Shown here one piece after another: positions 51,446-64,000 of a DNA stretch of 64,000 nt. This DNA is from Octopus vulgaris (lineage: Eukaryota). A program made the translations under genes and the position numbers. The stretch is from the NCBI GenBank assembly GCA_951406725.2, contig OX597831.1, positions 82,956,001 to 83,020,000 on the forward strand, in the 5' to 3' direction. Below the pieces are notes generated by a model that saw only the letters and a program-made list of their open reading frames with translations, ran no database searches and had not been told where the DNA came from. Every line of letters starts with the position of its first letter. Within the stretch, counting starts at the first letter, position 1.

Positions 51446-52954
51446 GAGAAGCAGTAGCAACAATTTGATTCCCACTTTTCTATGCTCACACATGCTAAAT
51501 GAAATTTGTAGAGGTGGATTCAAATCCACTCAAGTCTTTCAGTGGCCTAGGGCTACAATAGAAGACATGCAGAGTAGTGCTGGCCTTATAATGTTAGGGA
51601 ATTCTAAAATGTCTCTGGTAAAAAAATGTTCTTCAATCACAGTCAATAATCATAAAAGATTCATTCTTTAAAGTTGAGTAAACTGAGGTGTTGTGCCCTG
51701 CCCAATATTCCACCTTTCACAAACTGAGTGAAGGCAATGCCATGGTTTGACACCAATTTCTGGAATGATGTCACAAACTTGTTAGAAAAGTAAGGAATAA
51801 ATTCCTCTTTTGTAAAACAATTCCACATGGATGCCTTTATTTTGATATTAATCAAGATATTTCATAGACACTGCTGCTGTTGCTACTACTACTACCACTG
51901 TGACTTTATCAAAGATTTCAGGTCTTTACTTAAAACTGTTGGAGTGGAATTTTGTCGCAGAACTAGATTGATTGATTGGTTTTACTCATTTTTGTAATCA
52001 GTTATAACTTCTCCACTTACAGAAGAATTTCTCACGAAGGCATGATGGGTGGGGTTGTGGGAAATGAAGGTCAAACTGCAATTAGAGAAGATGGTACTGG
52101 TATAGGAATGTGATGTGTGTGGCAGATGTCAGTTTTATAAAGAAGTACCAAGTGGGTGGAACCTGAGAAAGTAAGAAACCTTGAAGGGCATTTTTCGAGA
52201 GGCTAAAATTCATGAAGAAAGCAAAGTGCTGTGAAAATTGGCAACATTTCATATTGAAGAATACTTCCCCAAAATGGCCAAAAAGATGTAAAACGGTGGC
52301 TGGAATCTCTACATTTGGGTTTGTCATCCATTATGTTCGTGTTTGGTTTTTATCTATTGCTTTACTCTTATTTCATTAACATCTCATCTTCCACTCATTC
52401 CCTCTGTGTAACAAAAGATGGCATTGAATTTGTCTGTTTTCAATCCCTGCCTCGCATCCCCCTTTATTATTGTAACCCATTTCAATCTCTTTCACATTAC
52501 TCTGCCTCCTCCTCTTCCAATATCCACTGTCAACAAACATAGCAATCTTCCATCAGTTTCCCTTCTTTCTCCCACTCACCTACCTGCTCTTACTCCATCC
52601 TCCCACGTTTGCTGTTTTCCTACTCAATCTCCCTACCAATAACCAACATGTAGCTGTCAATCATTACCTCCTCCTCCTCCTCTTTCACCCTCTCACTCCA
52701 ATCACTCAGTGTCTTCCACCATCACTCTCTCTTCTATTCTCCTACATTGAGCAGAAATGCTTTTTGCTGGCGACAAGACTGCCTCCCCACAGCAGGGGCA
52801 ATGAAACAGGTGCACTGTGGAAAGAAGTCGACACTAAGAAAAGCATCGAGCAATAGAAACGATGACAAAAGCGAAGAATGCAAGCAAGACATTGTTCAAG
52901 AGTAAACTAAGATGACTATCCATCCATGCCAGCATGGAAAAAGTAAGGAATGTC

Positions 52955-53900
52955 AAAGGAAGAGGAAGAGGAGACGAAAGAAGAGGAGGATAAAGGAGAG
53001 GGGGAAGAGGAGGGGGAGAGGAGGAAGAAGAAGTGGAGGAAGAAAAGGAGGAAGAAGAGGAGGAGGAAGTAGAGAAGGAGAGGATAAATAAATAAATATA
53101 TTCTTTTAATATTTTATTAGGTAGAAGAGGAGGAAGAAGAGGAGGAAGAAGAAGAGAAGGAGACGGAAGAAGAAGAGGAGGAAGAAGAGGAGGAAGAAGA
53201 AGAGGAGAAAGAAGAGGAGGAAGAAGAAGAGGAGAAGAAGAAGAGGAGGAAGAAGAAGAGGAGAAAGAAGAGGAGGAAGAAGAGGAGGAAGAAGAAGAGG
53301 ACGAAGAAGAAGAGGACGAAGAAGAAGAGGAGGAAGAAGAAGAGGAGAAAGAAGAGGAGGAAGAAGAAGAGGAGGAAGAAGAAGAGGAAGTAGAAGAGGT
53401 GGGAGAGGAGGAGGAAGTGGAGGAGGAAGAAGAAGAGGAGGAAGAAGAAGAGGAGGAAGAAGAGGAGGAAGAAGAGGAGGAAGAGGAGGAGGAAGTGGAG
53501 GAAGAGGAGGAAGTAGAAGAGGTGGGAGAGGAGGAGGAAGTGGAGGAAGAAGGGGAGGAGGAAGTAGAAGAGGAGGTAGAGGAGGAAGTGGAGGAAGAAG
53601 GGGAGGAGGAAGTAGAAGAGGAGGGAGAGGAGGAGGAAGTGGAGGAAGAAGGGGAGGAGGAAGTAGAAGAGGAGGGAGAGGAGGAGGAAGTGGGGGAAGA
53701 AGGGGAGGAGGAAGTAGAAGAGGAGGGAGAGGAGGAAGAAGAAGAGGAGGAAGAAGAAGAGGAGGAAGTGGAGGAAGAAGGGGAGGAGGAAGAAGAGGAG
53801 GAAGAAGAAGAGGAGGAAAAAGAAGAAGGAAGAGGAGGAAGAAGAAGGAAGAGGAGGAGGGAGATGGGGGAAGAGGAGGAGAAAGAAGAGGAGGGAAGGT
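52955..53900. repeat. ~0.9-kb polypurine (GAG/GAA)n tract
   Basis: Almost exclusively G/A on the plus strand apart from an AT-rich spacer near 53085-53120. Confidence 0.95.
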
Positions 53901-55002
53901 GGTGGCAGTGGCAATAATGATGATGATGACTTATCTAAAAATATCTTCAATGAATTCAGTAAGAAACAGAATGACCGAGGCAGTTGTTTTGCTGCTATTA
54001 ATGGGATCCCTTTAAGGAAAACTCTGCAGCAAATAGCATTTATTATTCATCAAAAATACAAAGAAAGTCAACAAGAAAACAAAAACAAAAAAACCTCATC
54101 TGAAATCATCTTTATACACCATTAATTTCAGTTTAAATCTATCAAATTATTTTTACATTTAATATATTTCAGACACTGAGGCATCTTATTTAGCCATTCA
54201 TTTCAATCCAGCATTACAGGGACAACAACAACAACAAAGTATAACAGAAAGTATTAGAATGTATCTTCGGATTTTCTTTTGTTTTTAATGCCATGCATGT
54301 TATGACATTTATAATACAGACGAGATTTCTGTTCAAGAATTAAAGTATTATTTTAAAAGAAATGTTTTTATTGCCATCATTGTACTTTGCTTTAATGGAG
54401 AGGACATTTCTTAATATCTTGTATTTCCCATCAAATCACAAAATATATTTTGATTGAGATAAATACATGATTTATATATATCTAAAAAAACATTGTTTCA
54501 AACTTGCCAAAAAAAAACATTAAAAAAATTATACATAAAAGGTGTATCTACAATAACATATATGTAAGAGGTGTGTATAATATGTGTGCATGGAAGATGT
54601 GTCTGTTTAGTAAGTTGGATGGCTGATGGAAAGAAAGGATTTAGAGAATGAAAGTTTGTGTGTGTAGAGAAAGAAAAAAGTTTCTAGAACTAAAGTCTGT
54701 CATATGTATGTGTGTGTGTGTGTTTTGTGTGTGTGTGTGTGTGTACATGTAACAAAAGGAAAAACAGACACTCACAGCCTAAAAGTCACATGAAGTGTTA
54801 TTTCTGTAGTTATGTTGGTTTGTTCACAATTCTAAATCAAACATTTTGTCATCGTTATATTCTTATTAAAATTAGTTAAGGAAAATAATAATTGGTACAT
54901 AATGATCAGCACTGAAACTACATTGACACCGGACCCCATAGCTGATGAGAGGTTTTCCATGAACATTTACCTTCCTCCATTAGCTACTTCAATGTTGCTT
55001 AA

Positions 55003-55042
<40 letters not shown>

Positions 55043-55462
55043 AGGTGCAGGAATGGACTATAGCTAAGAATCTCACTGTACAACCACATGGCTTCAGTCT
55101 CATTGTTGAGTAAAACCTTGTGAGTGAATTTAGTAGAAGGAAATGTACGCATGCCTATCATGTATGAGGGGGCTTTCATATCTCTGATGTCTTAACATCA
55201 TCTGCAAGTTGTAAACAGACTTCATCCCCACACAGGTAGGGTCGTTTGTTTGTGGAAAATATGTTTAACCCTTTTTTGGCGTTTCATGTTCACAGGTTGA
55301 AGGGTAACATTAGCTTCAGTGGATATTAGTGAGGGTTGGCAACAGGCAGAGCATCAAGTCATAGAACATTTGTCTCAATGAAGAACATATGATGCATGTA
55401 AGCACAGGAACGTAGGCGCTAAAATGAAATGAAGTAAATGTATCCACAAATGCGTGCACGCA

Positions 55463-55508
<46 letters not shown>

Positions 55509-55756
55509 GCAAAGCAGCAGAAGCAGCAGCAGCAGCAGCACTATAAGAATAGAAAGTGTTTCGCTATCTTGCAGAGCTTAGTTCAATTCTGTCACTGAAC
55601 TCTATTAACCAAACTGTTCTACAGAGATGTCTCCATCATAGGACTAAATTAATCAAAGGGAAATGAGGGTTGGTGACAGGAAGGGCGTCTGGCCATAGAA
55701 AATCTGCCTCAACTAATTCCATCCAATCCATGTGAATATAGAAAAGTAGGCATTAA

Positions 55757-55972
55757 CCCTTTCGCATTCAAACCGGCTACATCTGGCCAAAATATATAAC
55801 CTGTTTTATGCTCAGACTGACCAGATCTGGCTTCTCACCTCAACCCCACAATGCCATTCTAAAACTAAATAATTACATCATCGAAATCTCTAAACTACAT
55901 GATAATATATAATTCAAAACAATAGAGATAAACAAACACTATGTTTGACAGAATAATCTGAATGCTAAAGGG
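55757..55972 (+). mobile_element. piggyBac-type MITE inserted into the TTAA of an RTE 3' tail fragment (55665-55756)
   Basis: TTAA|CCCTTTCGCATTCA ... TGAATGCTAAAGGG|TTTA. The left flank gggttggtgacaggaagggcgtctggc...gaaaagtaggcattaa is RTE tail sequence. Confidence 0.75.
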
Positions 55973-57056
55973 TTTAAAGCAATGACCCTTTAGATTGCTT
56001 CTATCACAAAGCCAACATTTTCCTATTAAAATGTGTAACCTTCAGTTGCTTAAACATCAGGTCACCATTTTATGGTTGTTTCATACAATTATTCAGAGTT
56101 TCCAGCAGAATTGCTGCTGCTGCTGCTGCTGCTGCTGCCTTGCAGACTTTGGCAGTGCAAAACTTAATTCCTTGTGAGAATTTTTACACCACTAATGATG
56201 ATTAATGACTAAGATTAATACAGAGCAATATTTATAACTTCAATAATCTGCTGTGATTTCCTTTTCTTTTAATCTACACATGTTGGGGATTTAAAGAATG
56301 TTATTGTGTGATGTGGGCTTTTTTATTTATTTATATTATTTATCATTTTTATTTTTCCAAAATCTTCCTAATTTTATATAATCTAGTTCCATTCCAGGCC
56401 AAATCTACAAAACCATATGTTATGGCTGATACTGGAAATCTGATAATAGCTTTTGTGTTGTTTTGGCAGGCCAAAATGATTTTTTAGAATTTTTCCATTT
56501 ATTTTGTTCAAATTTTCATTTTTCATTCCCAGAACTCCAAACTTTGCTTTTACTTTCATCCATACATTACACAATTATTCACTTCTATTATTTTTCTCTC
56601 TGCCAATTCCATATTGTCTGACAAGTCATTATCATCACCATCATTATCATTGAATCAGTGAACTCCAGGACAAAATGCCATGTTACATCCTAGAGTTTAA
56701 ATTCCACAAGAGGCTATTTTCCTTTTTCGTCCTTTTGGAATAAAATAGATACCAGTTATATAAAACCGTCTCTGCTCTCCTTGATATTTCATGGTTTTGT
56801 GCTGATAGTAGAAAGGATTATTATTATTGTTGTTGTTGTTGTTATTATTGTTGTTGTTGTTATTATTATTATTATTATTATTATCAATAACATTAATATG
56901 TTAACTTTTGGGTTTTTTTTAATGTACGTACCTGTGGTGTGTGTCACACTTACTTCAAACGAAGATGTAAAGAGGTTGAACAGAGAGGTACAAAGAAAAA
57001 GAGGAATAAAAGCTGTTAATCAGGGGAGGTATAGATGAAGTGAGTGGCAAAGTGGG

Positions 57057-57400
57057 TGAGAGAAGGGACAGAGAGGAAGTGACAGAGAAAGAGAGACAGT
57101 GAGGGGTGACTGAAAGGAAGGAGGTGTTCCTTTTTTTTTGTTTTTAAACATTTATCAGTATTTTCAGAATAGACTGATGCATACTTCGAAACAAAAGTAG
57201 ATACATACACACATCATTAAATTAAAAGCAGGAGAGAGGCGGGACAGAAAGGAAGTCAGATAGAAAGAGACATTGAGTGGTGACTGAAAGGAAGGTGGTG
57301 TTCATTTTTATTTTTCTTTAAATGTTTATCAATATTTTCAGAGTAGACTGATACATACATCAAAAGAAAGTAGCTACATAGATCAAAAGCTACATAGATA
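57057..57400. repeat. Diverged tandem duplication, ~175-bp unit x2
   Basis: gggacaga.aggaagt...gtgactgaaaggaagg.ggtgttc...ttttcaga.tagactgat.catac occurs twice. Confidence 0.8.
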
Positions 57401-57934
57401 CATAGACACAAAGACAAATAACTGCAGCAAATATTGGATGTCACTTTCACTTTTCATAAAATTAATGCGCAAGTGGCTGAGTACTCCACAGACATGCATA
57501 CTATTAACATAGTTCTCAGGGAGATTCAGCCTCACACAGAATGTGACATGGCTGAATTATAGCTACAACACATTTTGGCCAGCTGAGTGGAGTGGAGCAA
57601 GATAAACCTTCAAGTGGTTGAAAGAAAACAAAAAAAGATCCTATATAGGGGCAGGAAAATCTTTTACGTTGTTAGGGTCACTAAGGGTGGTAATCTGGTC
57701 CTAGCAGTGGCATTAGTGGGTCTTACAGATCTGGAGACCAAACCCCCAGATAAACACTAATGCACAGGCTGTTGTTATCAAACTGAGCGTGAGTCCAGGG
57801 CGAAGTCGCTACAGGATGGAACAGTGACTATTTTGTCTTAGCTTTCACTGTTTATACTAAACCCATGACATTTTTGCCCTGTGGTATGGAACATTTCCTT
57901 TCCTTTCACTCCTTTTGAAAAATGGTACTCCATC

Positions 57935-58200
57935 AGTTATGATGATGAGGTTCCTGTTTATCTGATCAATGGAACAGTCTGCTCATAAAATTAGCTCACA
58001 AGTGGCTGAGTACTCCACAGATATGTATGCCATTAATGTAGTTCTGAGGGAGATTCAGCCTCACACAGAATGTGACAAGACTGGCCCCTTTCAATTACAG
58101 CTACAACTCATTTTTGCTAGCTGAGTGTGCTGCCAGGAATCGTACTTGTGACCTGATGATTGTGGACCGAATACCCCTGACCACTGAGCCATGCACCTTC
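57935..58200 (-). mobile_element. tRNA-derived SINE; partial second copy at ~57465-57600
   Basis: caagtggctgagtactccacaga...gggagattcagcctcacacagaatgtgaca occurs twice; reversed tRNA head ggtgcatggctcagtggtcagggg at the right end. Confidence 0.7.
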
Positions 58201-58729
58201 ACTCTCTTAACCATAGAGAAAAAAGGAGTGAAGTGATAGAGACAAGGAAAGGAAAGCCTCAGTCATTTAAAATGACAATTAGACTGAAATACAATCGATC
58301 TTTTCTAACTTCTTTACTGTTAACAATGAAGAAGAGGGAAAGACATTTAGTAATGAATGGAGAGAAAGTCTTTCAGGTGTTTAGGTTTTCATTCTGAGAG
58401 TTCTAGAAGGAGTGAGTGTTAGTTCTCTCTTCTTTCATCCACTCCCGGTACTTATTTGCCTTGTTTGACAGTTCTTCATGTCTTTTAGTTGGGAGGAAAG
58501 ACATTGTTTTTTTATTTTTCAGGCACGTTTAATGTTTTCCCTACAAACTACAAACAAGCCCTCTGCCATCCTTTCCTTTTCTTTTTGCATACAAAAACTA
58601 ATGCAAATTTCGAACAGGACATACCTGTGAAAAGAGCCCAGAAAACTGGGTAATACCCACTACAAAATGGGTGGAGGAGAAAAGTTACCAACAGGTGACT
58701 ACATGAAACTCTATACTTTATAGAATGTC

Positions 58730-59045
58730 TTCTACTATAGTCTCCGGCCAACCAAAGTGTTGCGAGTGGATTTGGTAGGCGGAAACTGAAAGAAGCCCAT
58801 AATGCACATATATATATACATATATACGTGTGTATATTTATGATTTTGTGTTTGTGCCCCCACCACCATCGCTTGACAACCGGTGTTGGTGTGTTTGTAT
58901 TGTATCCCCGTACCTTAGCAGTTCGACATAAGAGACTGAAGCACCAGGCTTACAAGGAATAAGTCCAAGGATTGATTTCTTTGACTAAAGGGGGTGCTCC
59001 AGCATGACCACAGTCAAATGACTGAAATAAGTAAAAGAATAAAAG
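58730..59045 (+). mobile_element. tRNA-derived SINE body and tail
   Basis: gtggatttggtaggcggaaactgaaagaagccc...ccagcatgaccacagtcaaatgactgaaataagtaaaaga. Confidence 0.75.
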
Positions 59046-59574
59046 AATACCAGAAGAATGTTCCGTACCACTAAACCAAGAAGGTTCTTTGAATATGTTA
59101 TGACGCATTTTAAGGCTGAATAGCAATTCTGTTTACGTTTGCGTGACTGAGATATTTTGCTTGGATTATACATAGTTATTGGTTTTACACTTCTTTCTAC
59201 ATTCTGTAACTGTCACAGTATAGAAACATTTCTCATGGCACCAACACACAATTTACAGATGCTTACATTTTTTTAGATTTTCCGTGAAGTTTTCACAGGA
59301 CCAGCTAGTCGTCGTTATTATTATTAGCAGTGTGGCATTGCCAATAATGTTTGTTTTGAATTTTTTTTAAATTTGTATCCTGTGTATAGGAAAAGCTGTT
59401 TATTTCCTTCAAAGACTCCCTTTAATCAGAAGTTGAAGTATTTCTAAAATAAAAAAAAACAAGTCCTTTTAATGCCAGAAACTAGAGACATTACAAGAGA
59501 AAAGTGTGACTCTTGTAATTTATAGTTGTGGAGTAAGTTTCACTGATTTTCTGGTGACCTTCTTAGTTGACTCC

Positions 59575-59985
59575 TCAGTCAGACGGCTGCAGCCATTCTA
59601 GGGCACTGCCTTGAAAGGTTTAGTTGAACAAATCGACCTCAGCACTTATTTTTTTAAAAGTTTCATAATTATTCTATTAGTGTCTTTTGCTGAAGCACTG
59701 ACTTATTGAGATGTAAACAAACCAACACTAGTTGTCAAGTGGTGACTGGGGACACACACACACAGGTATATATATGGCGTTTTCTACACCACCTGTCTTT
59801 GTCTTTTGCTTTGTGAATTCTCCCCATATATATATACAATGGTCCTCTTCCAGTTTCCTTTCACAAGGCTTTAGTTGGCCTAGGGCTATAGTTGAAAACA
59901 ACTGCCCAAGGTGCCATCCAGTGAGACTAAATCCACAACCATGTGGTTGTGAAGCAAGCTTCTTACCACACAGCTATACGTAAGC
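59575..59985 (-). mobile_element. tRNA-derived SINE
   Basis: Reverse complement of the 39360 family, from tail (cagtcagacggctgcagcc) to head (caaccatgtggttgtgaagcaagcttcttaccacacagc). Confidence 0.7.
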
Positions 59986-62900
59986 CTTATTTCAATGGTT
60001 TTATGGTTAATTTAGATGGTTTTGACGAAAGATTGTTGCGACACTTTATAAAAAAAGTTTAGTGTAATATTTTATTTTCCTGTAAAATAATCTTTTTTGT
60101 TTGTCTTGAGTATCAGACAGATTAACAGATCTGATTAACAGATCTGATTAACATTGCATCTCACCAAAATAATTGTGACAATGATGTATGTTCAGTTAAA
60201 TAATGGCCATCTTAGTAGATGTAAAAATAATGAAGATGTCATCCTCATGAAATAAATCTAAAACTAAGAATATCAGCTGAAGTTACTGCTCTGCAAACTT
60301 TTTTGACTCACATCAGACTTTTGAGCAAATAAAATTATATTTTGATATATTTTCAGCAAAATGTTTTAAAAAAATATATAAAAAAACACATTTTAACCTC
60401 TTAAAATAAATAATTTAAGCAAGAGAAAAATGAAGAATATTTAGTTCTTCTATTTTCATACTCATCATGTTGTGAAGAGAAATGGGACGACATGGTTGGA
60501 GCGAATGATAGGAGTGAAGGAAGTGAATGAGAGATTATTTGAGGAAGAAGGGAGCAAAGGAGAAGGAAATAGTTAAAAGTAAGGGAGGAGAACCTGAAGG
60601 CAAAAGGGTTGGTAAAAGAGGATGTAGACAAGGGAAAATGGGAACAGAAATTATCATAGGGTTTGAAAGACTAACCCTCTGCTGTAGGTCATGACCTTAG
60701 AACATCCATTGTTTCTTCTGTTCAATAGTTGAAGCATATCAAGGGGGGGGGAACACGAGTTTTAATGTCTTGAGACATATTTTAGATACAATTTTCATGT
60801 AGCACCGAGATGTGTCTCATGGTGCATCAAGCAGTGTTTCATGGCACAAACAGCATCATGTCCTGGTATACAGGTGTACCAGTTCATACGCATAACTGCT
60901 AAACCATTCAATATGGGAACCCATTTCAAAGTCGTTCATCACACCGACAATTGCATTTTACCAAACAAACAAACGTTGATAACAATGTGCAGCATCTGCT
61001 GTCTGTCTCACCTGCATCATTGCAGCATCTTCTTTCTTGAAGTATGTCAACACATCTAACAGTCATTGTATTACAGGTAAGGTGAAGGTCAAACTAAATT
61101 TGAAATCAGTGAAGTATGACAATATGCAAGGTGAGTGTCAAATGGCATTATAAACCATTGGAGTGTGACAACATCGAAGATGAAAGTCAAACATAAACCA
61201 CTGAAGTGGGACAATGTCTTTAATGTGTAGATTATAACAGAGGAAATAGACAGCACTCTTAGTTTATGCCGAGTAATCTTCATCCAAGAGATTTTGTTTC
61301 TAAAGAACTTCTCGCTTTTGTGATGATATATTGGTGTCAAAGGTGAGAGAGCAAAATCATTAATAATATCAAGATATTTCATGTCATATGACTTTCAAGG
61401 ATTTACTGTTTATTTTATTCCATTGAAACCAAACAACAGAAATAACCAAAAACTCATTTTCAACAAAACTAATAAAACAAAATCAATGAGAAGAAGATAT
61501 AAATAACGAGAAATAAAATGGTAAGGTGTCAAATCAAAAAAAAAAAAGAAAGAAAATGTTTGGGTATCAGATTGAAATTCATTCAGTACAATGAGTTGTG
61601 GAGTAGAATTTAGTCTGTTCACTAAATTGAGACTATTTAAAGAAACAGCCCACCACTGTTGCAACCAGTACCACCACCACCACCACCACTATGTATCAAT
61701 AGACATGTAAGAGCTAACAAAAACAAATTTTTCTCTTGATCAATAGAATGGTTTCTTTAAATAAAAGTGGTTTTTGCTGCTCTGACTTCCACAAATAATG
61801 CAGCTAATCTCGTCTCGGTTGGTGCTGGAACATTATTACATATCTTAATCTACTCAACAACACTACCTTCCACAATTGATCATAGGAAATATTGATATCA
61901 CATCAAAGTAATAACAACAACAATAATAAATAATAATCTACATTCAGAAATGGCTGCTATTAATAAATTAGAAATGAATAATTTATTTTATTGAAGGAAA
62001 ATTGCTTGACAAGTTTGAAACTTGGAAGCACAAACACTAAAAGTGTTGACAGAGAATAAAGAATGATGAAAGTTAATGGTTGAAAATGTTATTTTTTAAA
62101 ACAGAAAATTTAGACTGAATTTATGTATAATTTAGAAAATAAAATATTAGACATTCAAAAATTCAAATGTAACAAGTTAATGCATAAAATATGTTGCAAT
62201 TTTCTTCAAAGATACACAATAGACTCTCACAGATCAAAGTGCATAAATAACTTCTATGGGGGGAGGGGAGGGGCAATGATGCAAAATCAAACACACACAC
62301 ACACACACAAATTAGAAAAGGCAGTCAATTAATTTCAAAACCAACAGTAACTTGCTTGTTTTGACTAATGAGAATTTGTTTTATTTATTTTTTAAGTCAA
62401 CAAACAAAAAAAAAATTAAAGTTGAGGAAGTTTTTCAGTTATTTTCATTGTGTTCTGTTATAATAATATCGAAGTTTTAAACAATTTCTTTACCTGTAGA
62501 GAATTCCATTAATGAATTACCGATAACATTTGATATCGTCATTAACAGATGAGCTAATATGAGCAATATTTCCTCATCACTACGTGGCAAAGAATAGCGT
62601 GCAGTCACCCATTGATTCCATCAGTTTAATGCAAAAATGAATGTTTAAACTGAATCCATTCGTGTTGTTGACAGTTGCCGTTTCTGGTCTGTTTGAGTTG
62701 AAACTGGTTGACAACAGTTCCACAGTTGGTGTCAAGCAGCTTTACTTGAAGAGACAGATGACTCTGTACAAACAGATGTAATAGCATGCAGTGAGCTATG
62801 CAACACTGTGGTCAAATATGCCATTACTTACTGCTGAACCATTTCCTATGACCAATGGTCTAGTTAGGGTCACACCATATTTATTACAAGTTAAAGACAA

Positions 62901-64000
62901 GCAAACAATTCTTAAATGACCCTTTTAATTAAAGAAAATAAACTTAGCAACTTCTAAATATGGGGAAAATAATTCCTAGATCTTAATTAATCTCTCAAAG
63001 TTAATTTACATAATTACAAGAAGGACAGGTTGAACTCTGTGTACTAACAAGGGAGACAACTACAGGTGTTTTAGCATGTTGTACCTCATCAGCAAAATAT
63101 AATCAAGCTTGCATAATCAGCTGATAGAGATTTTTACAATTTATAATTATTTATCAATTTAATTTACATAATTAAAAAGTAAAACAAGCTAACAGAGGCC
63201 AACAGTATGAGCTTGAATAAATTAAAGACATGATAACTGAATGTTGTACACATCAGTATTAATTAGAAGATATGCAGTGCTAGATTTTACAATTAAAGAA
63301 TTTTCAGCAACAGGGAGGTGGTGGTGGTGGTGGGTGGAGAGGCAGAAGTTATATAGACCAATCTGACCAATCAAGTTATATCAGACCAGTCTGAGAAGCT
63401 ACTATCTTGATGTATGCTTGTAATCATGTCTTGTTTGGTGCTAAGTGAAAATGAAGACAGAACACTGTGTAAAGGGGTCAGCGATAGAAAGAGAATTCAA
63501 TTGTTGAAACCAAAGGGCACCATTTTATGAGATACAGAATCAAATCGATGGACAGTTGTTGATATTAAAATAAGGAGAGGTTAGATATAGGATTCCAATG
63601 CACTAATTATTGCTTCATTGCATTAATGATGGCAAAAGGTAGAAGGGAGTATCTGAAACTTGGCGTAGAACAAATATAGCTAGACTTAATTCAAGACTCA
63701 CTAGTACTTGGAGTTCTCACTGATGTTTAGAGCATTTTTGAATATACATAAGTGAACATTACACACACACACACACACACACAACACAATGTGATGTAAT
63801 GTTTCCTTTCAACCAATCCAGTTAGCTGTTCATACAGATTTATATTACAGTAGACCAAACAACACACACACACGCGCGCGCGCGCGCGAGTGCGCTCACC
63901 ACAAAGCTATGTGGAAGTAGACCACGCAACACATCCTTGTCTGTTGATATATGACTGGAATACATGTCAGGTGTGTATGTATGAATGAACTAGAGCAAAC

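Noticed and set aside
48894-51671. Long YI/HT/CM-rich ORFs
   Set aside because: Microsatellite translations; only the CR1 RT portion is real coding-derived sequence.
53117-53950. 277-aa Phe/Leu-rich and 172-aa poly-Glu ORFs
   Set aside because: Translations of the GAG/GAA simple repeat.
62494-62620. Minus-strand open frame ending at a good donor (ACAG|gtaaag)
   Set aside because: Closed upstream by TGA with no acceptor, phase 1 is incompatible with exon 2, and no recognisable homology. A non-coding exon cannot be excluded.

Overview
AT-rich, microsatellite-dense animal genomic DNA, most likely an octopus (inferred from the tRNA-derived SINE and RTE repertoire). The whole window appears to lie inside one minus-strand host gene, CASK/LIN-2. 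Coding exon 2 (13555-13667, 113 nt) and exon 3 (1010-1115, 106 nt) are present with the exon lengths and phases I recall for vertebrate CASK. No convincing exon 1 was found, so intron 1 is probably >50 kb. The introns contain two near-full-length but disrupted RTE LINEs, a truncated RTE, a CR1-clade LINE, an RTE-group LINE with a twin-priming 5' inversion and 13-bp TSD, mariner and maT-like relics, non-autonomous Helitrons, piggyBac-type MITEs, many SINEs and simple repeats. Most notable: (1) an RTE whose ORF has no in-frame ATG or recognisable 5'UTR but starts right after a strong 3' splice acceptor, sits sense in CASK intron 2, has a C4HC3 PHD finger inside its RT domain and a hairpin-module array in its 3'UTR; (2) three clear, plus one degenerate, minimal type-I hammerhead ribozyme motifs in Penelope-like fragments, one inside a perfect 113-bp inverted repeat; (3) a twin-priming inversion in a non-L1 LINE. 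All calls were made by eye, and repeat boundaries are approximate.
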